Source: Zygophlyctis sp. KS116 (Eukaryota > Fungi > Chytridiomycota). Taken from it: a stretch of 12,201 nt of DNA. Below the pieces are notes generated by a model that ran no database searches, was not told where the DNA came from, and was given only the letters and a program-made list of their open reading frames with translations. This document shows, in pieces, positions 1 through 9,327 of the stretch; within the stretch, counting starts at the first letter, position 1, and each line of letters opens with the position of its first letter. The stretch spans positions 1-12,201 of the forward strand of contig BAAFSQ010000295.1 in the NCBI GenBank assembly GCA_054661495.1, written 5' to 3'. The position numbers and the translations under genes were made by a program.

Positions 1-197
1 AAGAAATTGCATTAGTTTTTTTAAAGGACGAAAATTCCTAGTAAAAGAATGAGCTTTCAGAAGCTTTCGAATCTTATTTAGTGTCTTTTCCAACAGATTT
101 TAGGCGGCATTCTCATCCAAATCCAACGGAATCATTCGGTGCTCTATCTACACTATTATCTTGTAAACTGGGAAATCCTTTTCCTCATTTTCCTTGA
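1..197 (+). CDS. Possible last exon(s) of an unidentified gene entering from the left edge
   Basis: Frame open 45-197 ending in TGA 195-197 (NELSEAFESYLVSFPTDFRRH...NPFPHFP*). A putative 33-nt intron 15-47 would join it in frame to EIAL. The 33-nt gap to the convergent neighbour matches other gaps, but the donor GTTTTT is atypical and no homology is recognised. Confidence 0.3.
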
Positions 198-230
198 CTG
201 TGTTCGGAACTTTTTGATGCAATTGAATCA

Positions 231-596
231 TTATATTTCTTGAATCATAACTTTACATTTCTCTTGACTGTCTTCTGAGTCTGTTGAATAATCTTGAGAT
301 GCTAAATCAGATTCAGATCCTAAATCAGATCCACTAGATAAATCACTTGAACAATCACTTGCTGATTCCTTGTATCTAATCTCTTGATCCTTCTTGTCCA
401 AAACATCAAAAATCCCAAGATGCAAATTCATTTCAATAACACTTGTCTGATCTGGAGAAATAATTTCAATGTTTGAGTCTTTAAAATCATTGGTACTATC
501 AGATTCCTTTATCCTTTGTAAGAATGCATTGCATCTGTCCATCAAAGGATTAGTTTCATTCTTGTTCAAGATCAATTGATTAGAGAGTTTGGCCAT
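231..596 (-). CDS. DUF4598 / NOPCHAP1 (C12orf45)-like protein, 121 aa, intronless
   Basis: LMDRCNAFL...NIE...VIEMNLHLGIFD pattern followed by an acidic Ser/Asp tract and a terminal IQEI. This matches the DUF4598 family as recalled. Confidence 0.7.
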   Translation of the reverse strand: MAKLSNQLILNKNETNPLMDRCNAFLQRIKESDSTNDFKDSNIEIISPDQTSVIEMNLHLGIFDVLDKKDQEIRYKESASDCSSDLSSGSDLGSESDLASQDYSTDSEDSQEKCKVMIQEI

Positions 597-631
597 TTGA
601 AAAAGTCTGAGATCAGGGTGATGTTTTAAAA
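597..631. promoter_or_regulatory. 35-nt bidirectional promoter region (DUF4598 / TFB5)
   Basis: Lies between divergent ATGs at 596(-) and 632(+). Contains TCAGGGTG at 613-620. Confidence 0.55.
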
Positions 632-852
632 ATGGTTCGAGCGGTCAAAGGAGTTGTTATTGAATGGTAAATCCCCTCTTTAACACTAGTGATGCTGCTA
701 TTAAACAGATTATTCTAGATTTGGATTCTAAAAATTCTTTTGTGATTTCAGATTTAGATGAAACACATTTATTTGTTGATGGGAATATTTTATCAGTCAT
801 CCAAGAACAATTAATAGAAATCTTGGAAGATAATACCTACAGTGCATCATAA
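632..852 (+). CDS. TFB5: TFIIH subunit Tfb5/p8, 65 aa; exons 632-666, 690-852
   Basis: Removing the 23-nt intron 667-689 gives MVRAVKGVVIECDAAIKQIILDLD...DLDETHLFV, the typical Tfb5 sequence. Confidence 0.93.
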
Positions 853-1587
853 TTATCTAATCAAAATACTTGATATAATGTTTGAAACTAATGCATGTAA
901 AGCTGATGTAATCCAATATAATAATATTCCAGTTGGTACATAAGAACTTATCGGAATCATTGAAAATGCAACAATATTTCCTAAAATTCTAAATTTTGAA
1001 GGCTGTTTAGTAGAATCAAAATAATTGTAATTTTGAAGATTAAGTAAATGAATTCCTCCAAGAGTTATTGGTAAAATAAGACTAGGATCTACTAGACTTA
1101 AATTATCTATCCATAGAAACGGAGTAGAATGATTATTACAATCAATAATATTTTTAATAGACCAAGAAATTCCCAAGAAAACAGGAAATTGTAATGCAGA
1201 TCTTCCTAGAGTTCCTAGAGGAGAACAATTATGATTTTTGTAAAGTGATTTTTTTGCATTTTGAATTTCTCTTTTATCGCACAGACTAGAGTCCCAAGAG
1301 TCAATCAAGGGTTTAATCTTTTTGTACCTTGATAGTCTAAAACGGATAGATGTTTGAAGAGGTGTAATTAAAAGGGTTCTAGTTGATAATGTTCCTAAAA
1401 TTATTGTTGTTGTCCAATCTCCAGTGAGTGAGAATATAGAATTTAGAAAAGTTTCAATCATTTCAACTCTGGACTCTGTTGTAGACCCAACCACAGCCTC
1501 TTGTTGATCTCCTTTTCTACTACTTATTATTTTACTACTAGATTTTACATTGAGAATTTCCTGAAAGAATTTCCTGAAAGAATTCAT
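853..1587 (-). CDS. COX18: Oxa1/YidC/Cox18-family mitochondrial inner-membrane insertase, about 244 aa (Cox18-like, no long C-terminal tail)
   Basis: W-x-x-TII...R-x-LLITPL, LYKNHNCSP, Q-FPVF, FLWIDNLSLVDPSLILP and LLYWITS motifs. The first in-frame ATG is at 1587 (the ORF-track start at 1599 is TTG). The N-terminus is basic and Ser-rich, like a mitochondrial presequence. Confidence 0.8.
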   Translation of the reverse strand: MNSFRKFFQEILNVKSSSKIISSRKGDQQEAVVGSTTESRVEMIETFLNSIFSLTGDWTTTIILGTLSTRTLLITPLQTSIRFRLSRYKKIKPLIDSWDSSLCDKREIQNAKKSLYKNHNCSPLGTLGRSALQFPVFLGISWSIKNIIDCNNHSTPFLWIDNLSLVDPSLILPITLGGIHLLNLQNYNYFDSTKQPSKFRILGNIVAFSMIPISSYVPTGILLYWITSALHALVSNIISSILIR

Positions 1588-1682
1588 TAGAGAAATCAAA
1601 CAGAGAGATACAACATGACTAGATTAGATATTCATGGTTGTAGACTCATAGAGCAGAATCAGGTCAAGGTGAAACCCTAAAA
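1588..1682. promoter_or_regulatory. 95-nt bidirectional promoter region (COX18 / p24) with AAACCCTAA
   Basis: Between divergent ATGs. AAACCCTAA at 1672-1680 sits immediately before the p24 ATG. Confidence 0.55.
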
Positions 1683-2315
1683 ATGAAATTTCAAATTTTG
1701 ATTTTCCTCTCAATTCTGTCAATAGTCTCTCCCTCATCCCTATATTTTTATCTTTCGGAAAGAGAACAAAAGTGTTTTTATGAAGAATTATCAGGAGGTC
1801 TTCAAGTTTTAGGACAATTCTCTACTCTAGTTTATGACTCAAAAAGTAATTCTTGGACTGAAGACCCTAGACTTAAAGTTCATATTACAGTCGATGTAGA
1901 ATCTACTCTTGCTCGTGAAACAGATAAAACTGCTGGGCCAAAGGGTATATTTAATTTTGTGGCTTCTGAATACGGAACTCACGTAATTTGTGTTTCATTT
2001 ACTGGTTCTCATGTAACAAATCATGTCAGATTTCATATGTCATTTTTTTATGGAGAAGAAGCTCAGTCTGATCATACAGGGACAGAAGTATATGATTTAA
2101 ATCACAAAATTTTAAACTTGAAATTTAGATCTGAAGGATTATTGCGTGAAATCTCTTATGCTAGAGAAAGAGAAGAAGAATTTAGAAATTTAAGTGAAGA
2201 TGTTAATAGCAAAGTAATGTGGTGGACACTATATCAATTTATTCTCTTGGGTATCGTTGTTGTTTGGCAATTGAGACATTTAAAGAGTTTCTTTGTCTCT
2301 AAAAAATTGGTTTAA
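1683..2315 (+). CDS. p24/emp24/gp25L cargo receptor (alpha/Erp1-TMED9-like), 210 aa, intronless
   Basis: Signal peptide, KCFYEEL GOLD-domain start, coiled coil REREEEFR, TM segment VMWWTLYQ, and C-terminal LKSFFVSKKLV dilysine motif. Confidence 0.93.
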   Translation: MKFQILIFLSILSIVSPSSLYFYLSEREQKCFYEELSGGLQVLGQFSTLVYDSKSNSWTEDPRLKVHITVDVESTLARETDKTAGPKGIFNFVASEYGTHVICVSFTGSHVTNHVRFHMSFFYGEEAQSDHTGTEVYDLNHKILNLKFRSEGLLREISYAREREEEFRNLSEDVNSKVMWWTLYQFILLGIVVVWQLRHLKSFFVSKKLV

Positions 2316-2329
2316 AATTATTCTAGATT

Positions 2330-3439
2330 TCAAGACTTGAAGTCTTTGATTTTCTAAAGTAAAAATAAAATTGAAATACATTTTCAATTAAACCTTTCCA
2401 ATTTTCTAAATCTAATTCTAGATCTATCAAGTTCCAATCAAATGAGAAATCTGCACTAGGCTCATCAGAGTCATCATGAAGTTCTGATAAATAAGAATGT
2501 TGGAGGATTTGATCAGCAGTTATTCGTGAATTTGGATCCCAAATCAGAATTTTCTCTAATAAATCAATCTATATTTTTAAAAATATTAATAAATACAGCT
2601 AATGAATCTAAATATGGAAATCTTTCTTTAAATGAAGGAACATGATCAGGTCTTGGTAATGAGTCTAGAAATTGTCTAGTTTCTAGAGATAGTCTTTGTA
2701 AAACATCAAGATTTGGAAATCCTAATAGACTGACTATTTTTACAAATTGATCGATATGATTTTCACCAGGAAATAGTGGGAGTCCTTCAACCATTTCTGC
2801 AAATATGCATCCAACAGACCAAATATCAATTGATTTATCATAACTTTTTCCAGAAAGCATAATTTCTGGAGCTCTATAGTACCTTGTAGAAACATATCCA
2901 GTCATTTGACCGTTTGATAATACTCGAGCAAGTCCAAAATCACAAATCTTTAAATCACAATTTTCATTCACTAGAATGTTTGATGGTTTTAGATCACGAT
3001 GTATGGCTCCTGAGGAATGAATATATTTTAAGCCACGACAGATCTGATACAGAAAACATTGAATGTATGGTGTTTCTAAAGACTGAATTTCTAATAATTT
3101 TTGTAGATCTGTTTTTAATAAATCTGTAACTAAATAACAATTGCTTGTTGGATCAATATATGCATCTAGCAAGGACAAAATATTATCATTACGAAACGAT
3201 TCCAGCAATACAAATTCCCTATAAAACCTTTTGGCCAAAACTGCATTTGTAAATGGATTTAATATTTTCTTGATTGCGACAAGCTTTTGATTGCATTGAA
3301 TCGCTGACACAACTAGCCCAAACGATCCGAATCCGATCGGTTTCAGATTAGTATATTTACTAAAATTAATCTATAGAATCTACTCTTTGGGCGTATGAAA
3401 ACAACTTCCGCACAGACTGAAAGAGTCAAAGCACTCCAT
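2330..3439 (-). CDS. HOG1: Stress-activated p38/Hog1/Sty1 MAP kinase, 343 aa; exons 3439-3384, 3359-2597, 2568-2380, 2353-2330
   Basis: GFGSFGLV, VAIKKI, HRDLKPSNIL, DFGLAR, MTGYVSTRYYRAPEIML (TGY loop), HDDSDEP docking domain and WKGLIENKIKDF. Introns 3360-3383, 2569-2596 and 2354-2379 restore one frame. Confidence 0.9.
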
Positions 3440-3506
3440 TTACACCCTAAACAGCAAAAGTTTGATGGAGTGTCTAGGGGTTTAAATAAATTTTTTTTCT
3501 GATTAA
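3440..3506. promoter_or_regulatory. 67-nt bidirectional promoter region (HOG1 / eIF6)
   Basis: Between divergent ATGs. CACCCTAAAC at 3443-3452 and the inverted CTAGGGGT at 3474-3481. Confidence 0.55.
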
Positions 3507-4324
3507 ATGGCTGTCCGTAAGCATTAAAAGATTAATCATAGGCGCACAATTTGAAAATAGTAATGACATTGGGGTCTTTTCTAAATTGACAAACTCTTAC
3601 TGCTTAGTTGCGATCGGAGGATCAGAGAATTTTTACAGTGTTTTTGAAAGTGAATTGGCTGATGTTATTCCAGTCGTTCATACATCGATCGGAGGTACAA
3701 GAATCATTGGACGATTGACTGCCGGGAATAGGCATGGACTTTTAGTTCCTAATTCAACTACCGATCAAGAGCTGCAGCATATTAGAAATGCTTTGCCAGA
3801 TTCTGTTGCAATACAAAGGGTCGAAGAAAGACTTTCGGCTCTTGGGAATGTAATCGCTTGTAATGACTATGTGGCTTTGGTACATCCAGATCTAGATAGG
3901 GAAACAGAAGAAATTATTGCAGATACTCTCAAAGTTGAAGTATTTAGACAAACAATTGCATCAAATGTATTAGTTGGAAGTTATTGTGCTTTATCAAATC
4001 AGGGAGGATTGGTTCATCCAAAAACTACTATACAAGATCAAGATGAATTATCTTCATTATTACAAATTCCATTAGTGGTAATTTTGATTTTTTTTGATTT
4101 TAGGCAGGAACAGTAAATAGAGGCTCTGATCTCATTGGTGCAGGCTTAGTGGTTAATGATTGGTCTGCATTTGCTGGAGTTGATACAACTTCAACTGAGC
4201 TTTCTGTTATCGAAAGTATTTTCAAGGTATGATAAAAGATTGTTTAATATATTAGCTGCAAGAAAGTAGACCGACGCATGTCGTTACAGAAATGAGAGAC
4301 TCATTGATTGACAGCATGACTTGA
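3507..4324 (+). CDS. TIF6: Translation initiation factor eIF6, 245 aa; exons 3507-3516, 3542-4077, 4104-4226, 4256-4324
   Basis: [23 protein letters not shown]...[11 protein letters not shown]...[10 protein letters not shown]. Introns of 25, 26 and 29 nt give the canonical 245-aa length. Confidence 0.97.
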
Positions 4325-4351
4325 GTGAATTATTTCATTTGATTAATTTTA

Positions 4352-7182
4352 TTAAAACTCAATCGGTACTTTAATAGGTTTAATATTCCAAATTCTTTCT
4401 GCATAGTCCTGAATAGAACGATCAGAACTAAAGTGACCCATACTGAGTGCTGCAAGAATCGACTTTCTGGCCCAGACATCCTTGTCTCTGAAGTCCTTGT
4501 ACACCTTCTCCATTGTATTAAGGTCTATAGCTTTATAAAGTTTAAGTCTTACAATCTTCAAAGTCTTGATTTATCAAATAATAGTCATTTCTTAACGTGG
4601 CTAACATTATAAAGAGTTTTAAGATACCGATCAATGGATCAAAGATATGAATATCTCCAAAAATCCCAGACTGAATGGCTTTAATTACTACTTCGACTTT
4701 TGGACAAGTTTTGACACCTCTGAATGTTTGCTCATGACGAATGTCTTCAACTTCATGAGCTAATCGACCGAATAAGTAAATGTTATCAGGGCCTGTGGCT
4801 TCTCCAATTTCAATATTTGCTGCATTTAAAAAACAAAATTTACCTCCATCTACAGTTCCAACTATCAGGCCTCCATTCAAAACAAACTTCATGTTTGACG
4901 TTCCAGACGCTTCCGTTCCAGCGGTGGAAATATGCTGGCTTATATCTGAAGCAGGAATTATAATTTCTAATTTTTAAGAAAATATGGCCGTACCAGCAAC
5001 AGAAACATTATAGTTTGGGATAAAAATCACTTTCAAGTAATCGCCAATCTTTTCATCATTATTTACCACGCTTGCAACGCTTGTAATCAGTTTAATGACC
5101 AGCTTAGCAATATAATATCCTGGAGCACTTTTACCAGAGAAAATAACTAGAGCAAATTAAATAATAATTGATACTTACCAACTCGCGGAACCACTTTTGA
5201 TAGAATATCTTTTTTCATAGACTTCAATTCAATATACTGATAAATAACACCCATTATGTTCATAAATTGTCGCTTATATTCATGGAGACGCTTGCACTAA
5301 GATTTAATCTAGAAATTATCCATACCTGTACATCAAAAAGTGCATTTGAAGAAACTTGAACTCCAAGTAAAGTGGAGATAAAGCTAGCCAATTTCTTCTA
5401 TTTTCTTAAAAAAATATAAAAATACCTTATTTTCAGTTTTAATTTCCATCCATTTTTTGGAAAATGCTGGATTATCGGCCTGAGGTTTCAATTTCCCTAA
5501 TAGATTTAAATCGCGAAGCCACTCTGTCCCCTTTAGAGAATCAGTTATTAATGAGCTGAGATCAGGATTTGCTTGATGTAGCCATCGTCTTGGAGTAACT
5601 CCGTTAGTAACATTAGTGAACTTTTCCTTTCCAAAAAACTCGACAAACTCCTTTAATAAAACACTCTGGACTAATTCCGAATGAAGAGCCGCCACACCAT
5701 TAATACAGTGCGATCCAACAACTGCCAAATAAGCCATTCGGACATGCTGAGGGCTACCCTCTTCGATAATCGACATTCTTTGAAGTTTTTCACGATTTCC
5801 AGGATATTGTTTTTCAACCCGTTGTAGAAAGTACAAATTGATTGCAAAAATAATCATCATATGCCTTGGCAGTAATTCCTGCATCATACTGACAGGCCAT
5901 TTTTCCAATGCCTCTGGAAGGACAGTGTGATTTGTATAAGAGTATGTATTTGTTACAATTTCCCATGCTTCATCCCATTCAATTTGTTCTTCATCTACAA
6001 GAATACGTTGCAATTCTGCAATTCCAAGAGTTGGGTGAGTATCATTCAACTGAATAGCTACCTGATTGGGGAAATCTCTCCAACTTTTGCCTGTTTTCTT
6101 AAAACGTCTAATTATATCTGCCAAAGTCGCACAAACAAAGAAATATTGCTGTTTTAAACGCAATCTAAATGCATATTAATTTAAAATTATTACTCTTTTC
6201 CTGAATAATGATTGTCATTTGGATACAGCACAGATGTAATATTTTCAGCAGCCTTTTGTTCTTCAACTGACTTATCATAGTTTCCGGCATTAAAACTTGC
6301 CAAATCAAACTCTTTAACAGGTTTTGAGCTCCAGAGTCGAATATTAATAGTATTATGAGTTCCGTATCCTGGAATTGGATAATCATACGCAACTGCAACA
6401 ACTTTTTCCGCACTTTCCCAAGTAAACTTTTCTTTTCCATCAGGTGTTTCATGCCTTATTACATGACCTCTAAATTTCACATCATATGATACATCTAATC
6501 TCGGGATTTCCCAAGCATTTCCAAAACTTAACCAATAATCTGGAAATTCTTGTTGATAACCATCGACAATCTGTTGCTGAAAGATACCATATGAATATCT
6601 AATCCCATATCCCCATGCAGGATAATTTAAAGTTGCAAGAGAATCCATAAAACAAGCAGCCAATCTTCCAAGACCACCATTTCCTAAAGCAGCATCCAGT
6701 TCTTCCTGTACTAAATCTTCGATATTAAAACCCAAACTTTCCAATGCATTCGAAAATTCTGGTTTAATTCTTAAATTCAACAGAGCATTATCCAAACTAC
6801 GACCCAACAACTACAATTAGAAATATTCATATACAAATTCCAGTGAGAGATAATAGACTCTTTTAGTATTATATTGTGTATGGCATTGTTGGGTAGCATT
6901 CCATAAATCAATCAAACGATCACGAACACTTAGAGCTGTGGCTTGATATGCAGCAAATCCATCTAAATTAGAAGCACTTCGAGCAAGTGTTTTTGAAACA
7001 TGTCGACAAATACTTATCTCTATGGACTCGATGTCATTCTTGTCCGGTCTGGAGAGTTTCTTCCAAAGTTCAGAGCGTTCTGGGGAAGGAGAGTAAGGAA
7101 CATGAACTTGAGGAAGAGTTAGACCTCTTTGTAGAGTATGTTCTTCCTTTGATTTTGTCGGTGATAATTGAATGTTTGACAT
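4352..7182 (-). CDS. GPH1: Glycogen phosphorylase, 860 aa, 10 exons; introns 6811-6834, 6165-6193, 5398-5425, 5297-5325, 5147-5178, 4967-4993, 4820-4843, 4601-4627, 4525-4552
   Basis: [48 protein letters not shown]-site [20 protein letters not shown] and FSSDRSI. The spliced length is 2583 nt, in frame. Confidence 0.96.
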
Positions 7183-7401
7183 TTAACAAACACGCCAAAA
7201 TGTTTGTTCAAAACAGACCCTTTTCCCAAGAAAAGTTGGAAAAAACAGGAAAAAATTAATACGATAGTCTCCCCATTTTAACAGTTATATTGGCTCTCTT
7301 TAAAAGGTTGGAGATTAAATGATGATTAATTTGGTTGATCAAATTCGAAACAGGTTAATAAATCCCGAATTGTTATCGGAACATATCGTTTTAAATTCCG
7401 G
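7183..7401. promoter_or_regulatory. Divergent promoter region (GPH1 / coiled-coil RING gene), the longest intergenic stretch in the window
   Basis: Non-coding gap between divergent starts, with GACCCT at 7216-7221. The right boundary depends on the 7402 ATG call. Confidence 0.45.
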
Positions 7402-9327
7402 ATGGATACAGCAAGATCATCTCATAAAGATAATTTTGAAAGTCCTGCGCAGCTTTCGTTACCAGAGCCGCCCCCAGAATTTTCAGTAGAACAGAATGTA
7501 AGAGGTGGATTTGCCCTCCGGACACTCAAGGTACAAAAAAAGAGCTAAAATCAGACATATGGAGAGTCAATGTATGATCTAAATAGAAACTTTCTTCAGG
7601 AAATAAAGAGATCACAAGAAATCATACAAAAGTTGTTAACGGAAAAACTAGAATTAAAGAGTAAATTGAAAATTCTCTAATATTTAGAGGGACTGCATCA
7701 ATCAGCTGAAAAAATAGCTCTTTATAAATCGAAATTGGATAGCAACAATCGGGTTACGAAGTCTGCGTAATTTACAAGTTATTAATGATCAGGGAAGAAT
7801 ATGAAAGAATAATTATCGAAGAGATTCATAAAAGAACTAGTCAGGAAGAATCGGGAATGGCATTACTAAAAGAGAGAGATCAGGCTTTGGAACAAGTAGA
7901 AAAGTTGAAAACGTAAGTAAGCCATTATTTGATTTTTAGACTAATAGGGATCTATTAAAACTTGTGGAAGAAAAACAATTACAAGAGAAATTGAATATAG
8001 AACAAAAGGATAAAGTGGAGGAATTGGTTCTTTTATCAAAGTACCAGAGAATTTTATAATGAATTAGTAAAAATATTTTCGAAAAGGATGAACTTCATGT
8101 GTACTTTATCAAGATTGAAAGAGAATTAACTGAATTAAAAAAGAGTATGGTAGTGGTTGGACAGAAAAATGAAGTTTTAACTCAAAAAGAATCTATGTTA
8201 AAGGAAGAGAATACTCTTTTACAAAAAAGACTTCGGTATATTCTTTATGAACTAATAATAGTGAGCTGATTGATGCTAATAAGGAAATTACGACAAATTA
8301 TCAGGCAATCAAAAAAAATCATGACTCTAAACAAAATGAATTTCAAGAAATTATGGCGGAATTAGAAGAAACCAAGAGCACACTTTCAAACGTTCATAAG
8401 CAGAAAAAAGCTGTTCAGGCAGAGCTTGGTGAAATGTCTAAAGCGGATACGGAACTGAAAGAAAAAATTAAATCTCTTGAAGTTACAATTGCAAAAAAAG
8501 ATAAGGAAATTAATCAAGCAATCACAAAGTTGAATGATACAATTTCAGATTACGAGCAAAAATTAGAACGGAAGGAAGAACAAATATGGGTTATGGGATC
8601 TCAAATCAATGAATGTATCCTTGTAGTTTTTAATTATTAGCAAATGAAGCTGCTGCAAAGGCAAAGGCCGCACTCTCAGATCAAGAACAAGCAGCAGCTT
8701 GGAAAGTCCAAAACGAAGCCCCTCAAAAAACTATTAACCTTGATGCAGATCTACTTAGTGATCTCGATAGAAAATGGCAAGCAAAAGAAAAGATACTGGC
8801 GGATGAAGTCACAAATCTTGAATCAAAACTAAAAGCTGCAGAAGATAATATTATCAGACTTAATAATCAAGTTTCAGACTTGACAAAGAGACAATTCGAG
8901 CCTCGAATGGAACGATTAAAACTGATTGAAAGAGATATTAAGAATAGGATTGAGGAGTATATTCTTGCTGAAGAGAGAATGGAAACATGCCTTTTATGTC
9001 CTCGCGACTTGCAAGTATTTAAAATTCCTCTGACATTGGTTCCTTGTGGTGTAAACAATTAATATTAATTATCTAGCATACATATTGTAAATGCTGCATT
9101 GAATCAATCGTTGAAGAAAATTACAATGTCATCAAGTGTCAAGTCTGCTCTCAAGTTGCTGATGCCGCCTATCATAATCAGCAATTAGAATCCATCACTG
9201 AACAATTCACCAGAAGAAAGACGATGGTCATCTCATTTTTAGAATGGTAAATGGCATTTGATTAAATTGTAGGTCCAAATCTCTCCGAGTTTATCTTCCT
9301 GTAGAGCAGACAAGCGACGAAAAATAA
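7402..9327 (+). CDS. Long coiled-coil protein with C-terminal RING finger (putative E3 ligase), about 560 aa; introns 7531-7554, 7661-7687, 7767-7792, 7913-7947, 8041-8067, 8236-8261, 8615-8640, 9051-9076, 9247-9272
   Basis: Nine 24-35 nt GT-AG introns join an E/K/L-rich heptad frame (1683 nt) ending in CLLCPRDLQVFKIPLTLVPCGHTYCKCC...CQVC...NQQLESI. The start codon and last intron are less certain. Without the last intron the stop is at 9248-9250. Confidence 0.75.

Noticed and set aside
302-345. Imperfect 18-nt repeats (TAAATCAGAT...)
   Set aside because: Encodes the low-complexity SDLSSGSDLGSESDL tract, not a CRISPR or mobile repeat.
1672-1680. AAACCCTAA as a telomere remnant
   Set aside because: Single unit at a promoter position with no tandem array. 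Treated as a regulatory motif.
2914-7259. Antisense or alternate-frame ORFs 2914-3129, 4724-4963, 4780-4977, 5927-6157, 6165-6452, 6987-7259
   Set aside because: Shadows of HOG1 and GPH1 with no recognisable motifs.
7319-7489. 56-codon + strand ORF overlapping the RING gene start in another frame
   Set aside because: No homology and no suitably sized intron linking it to the main frame. It could be a uORF but is unsupported.
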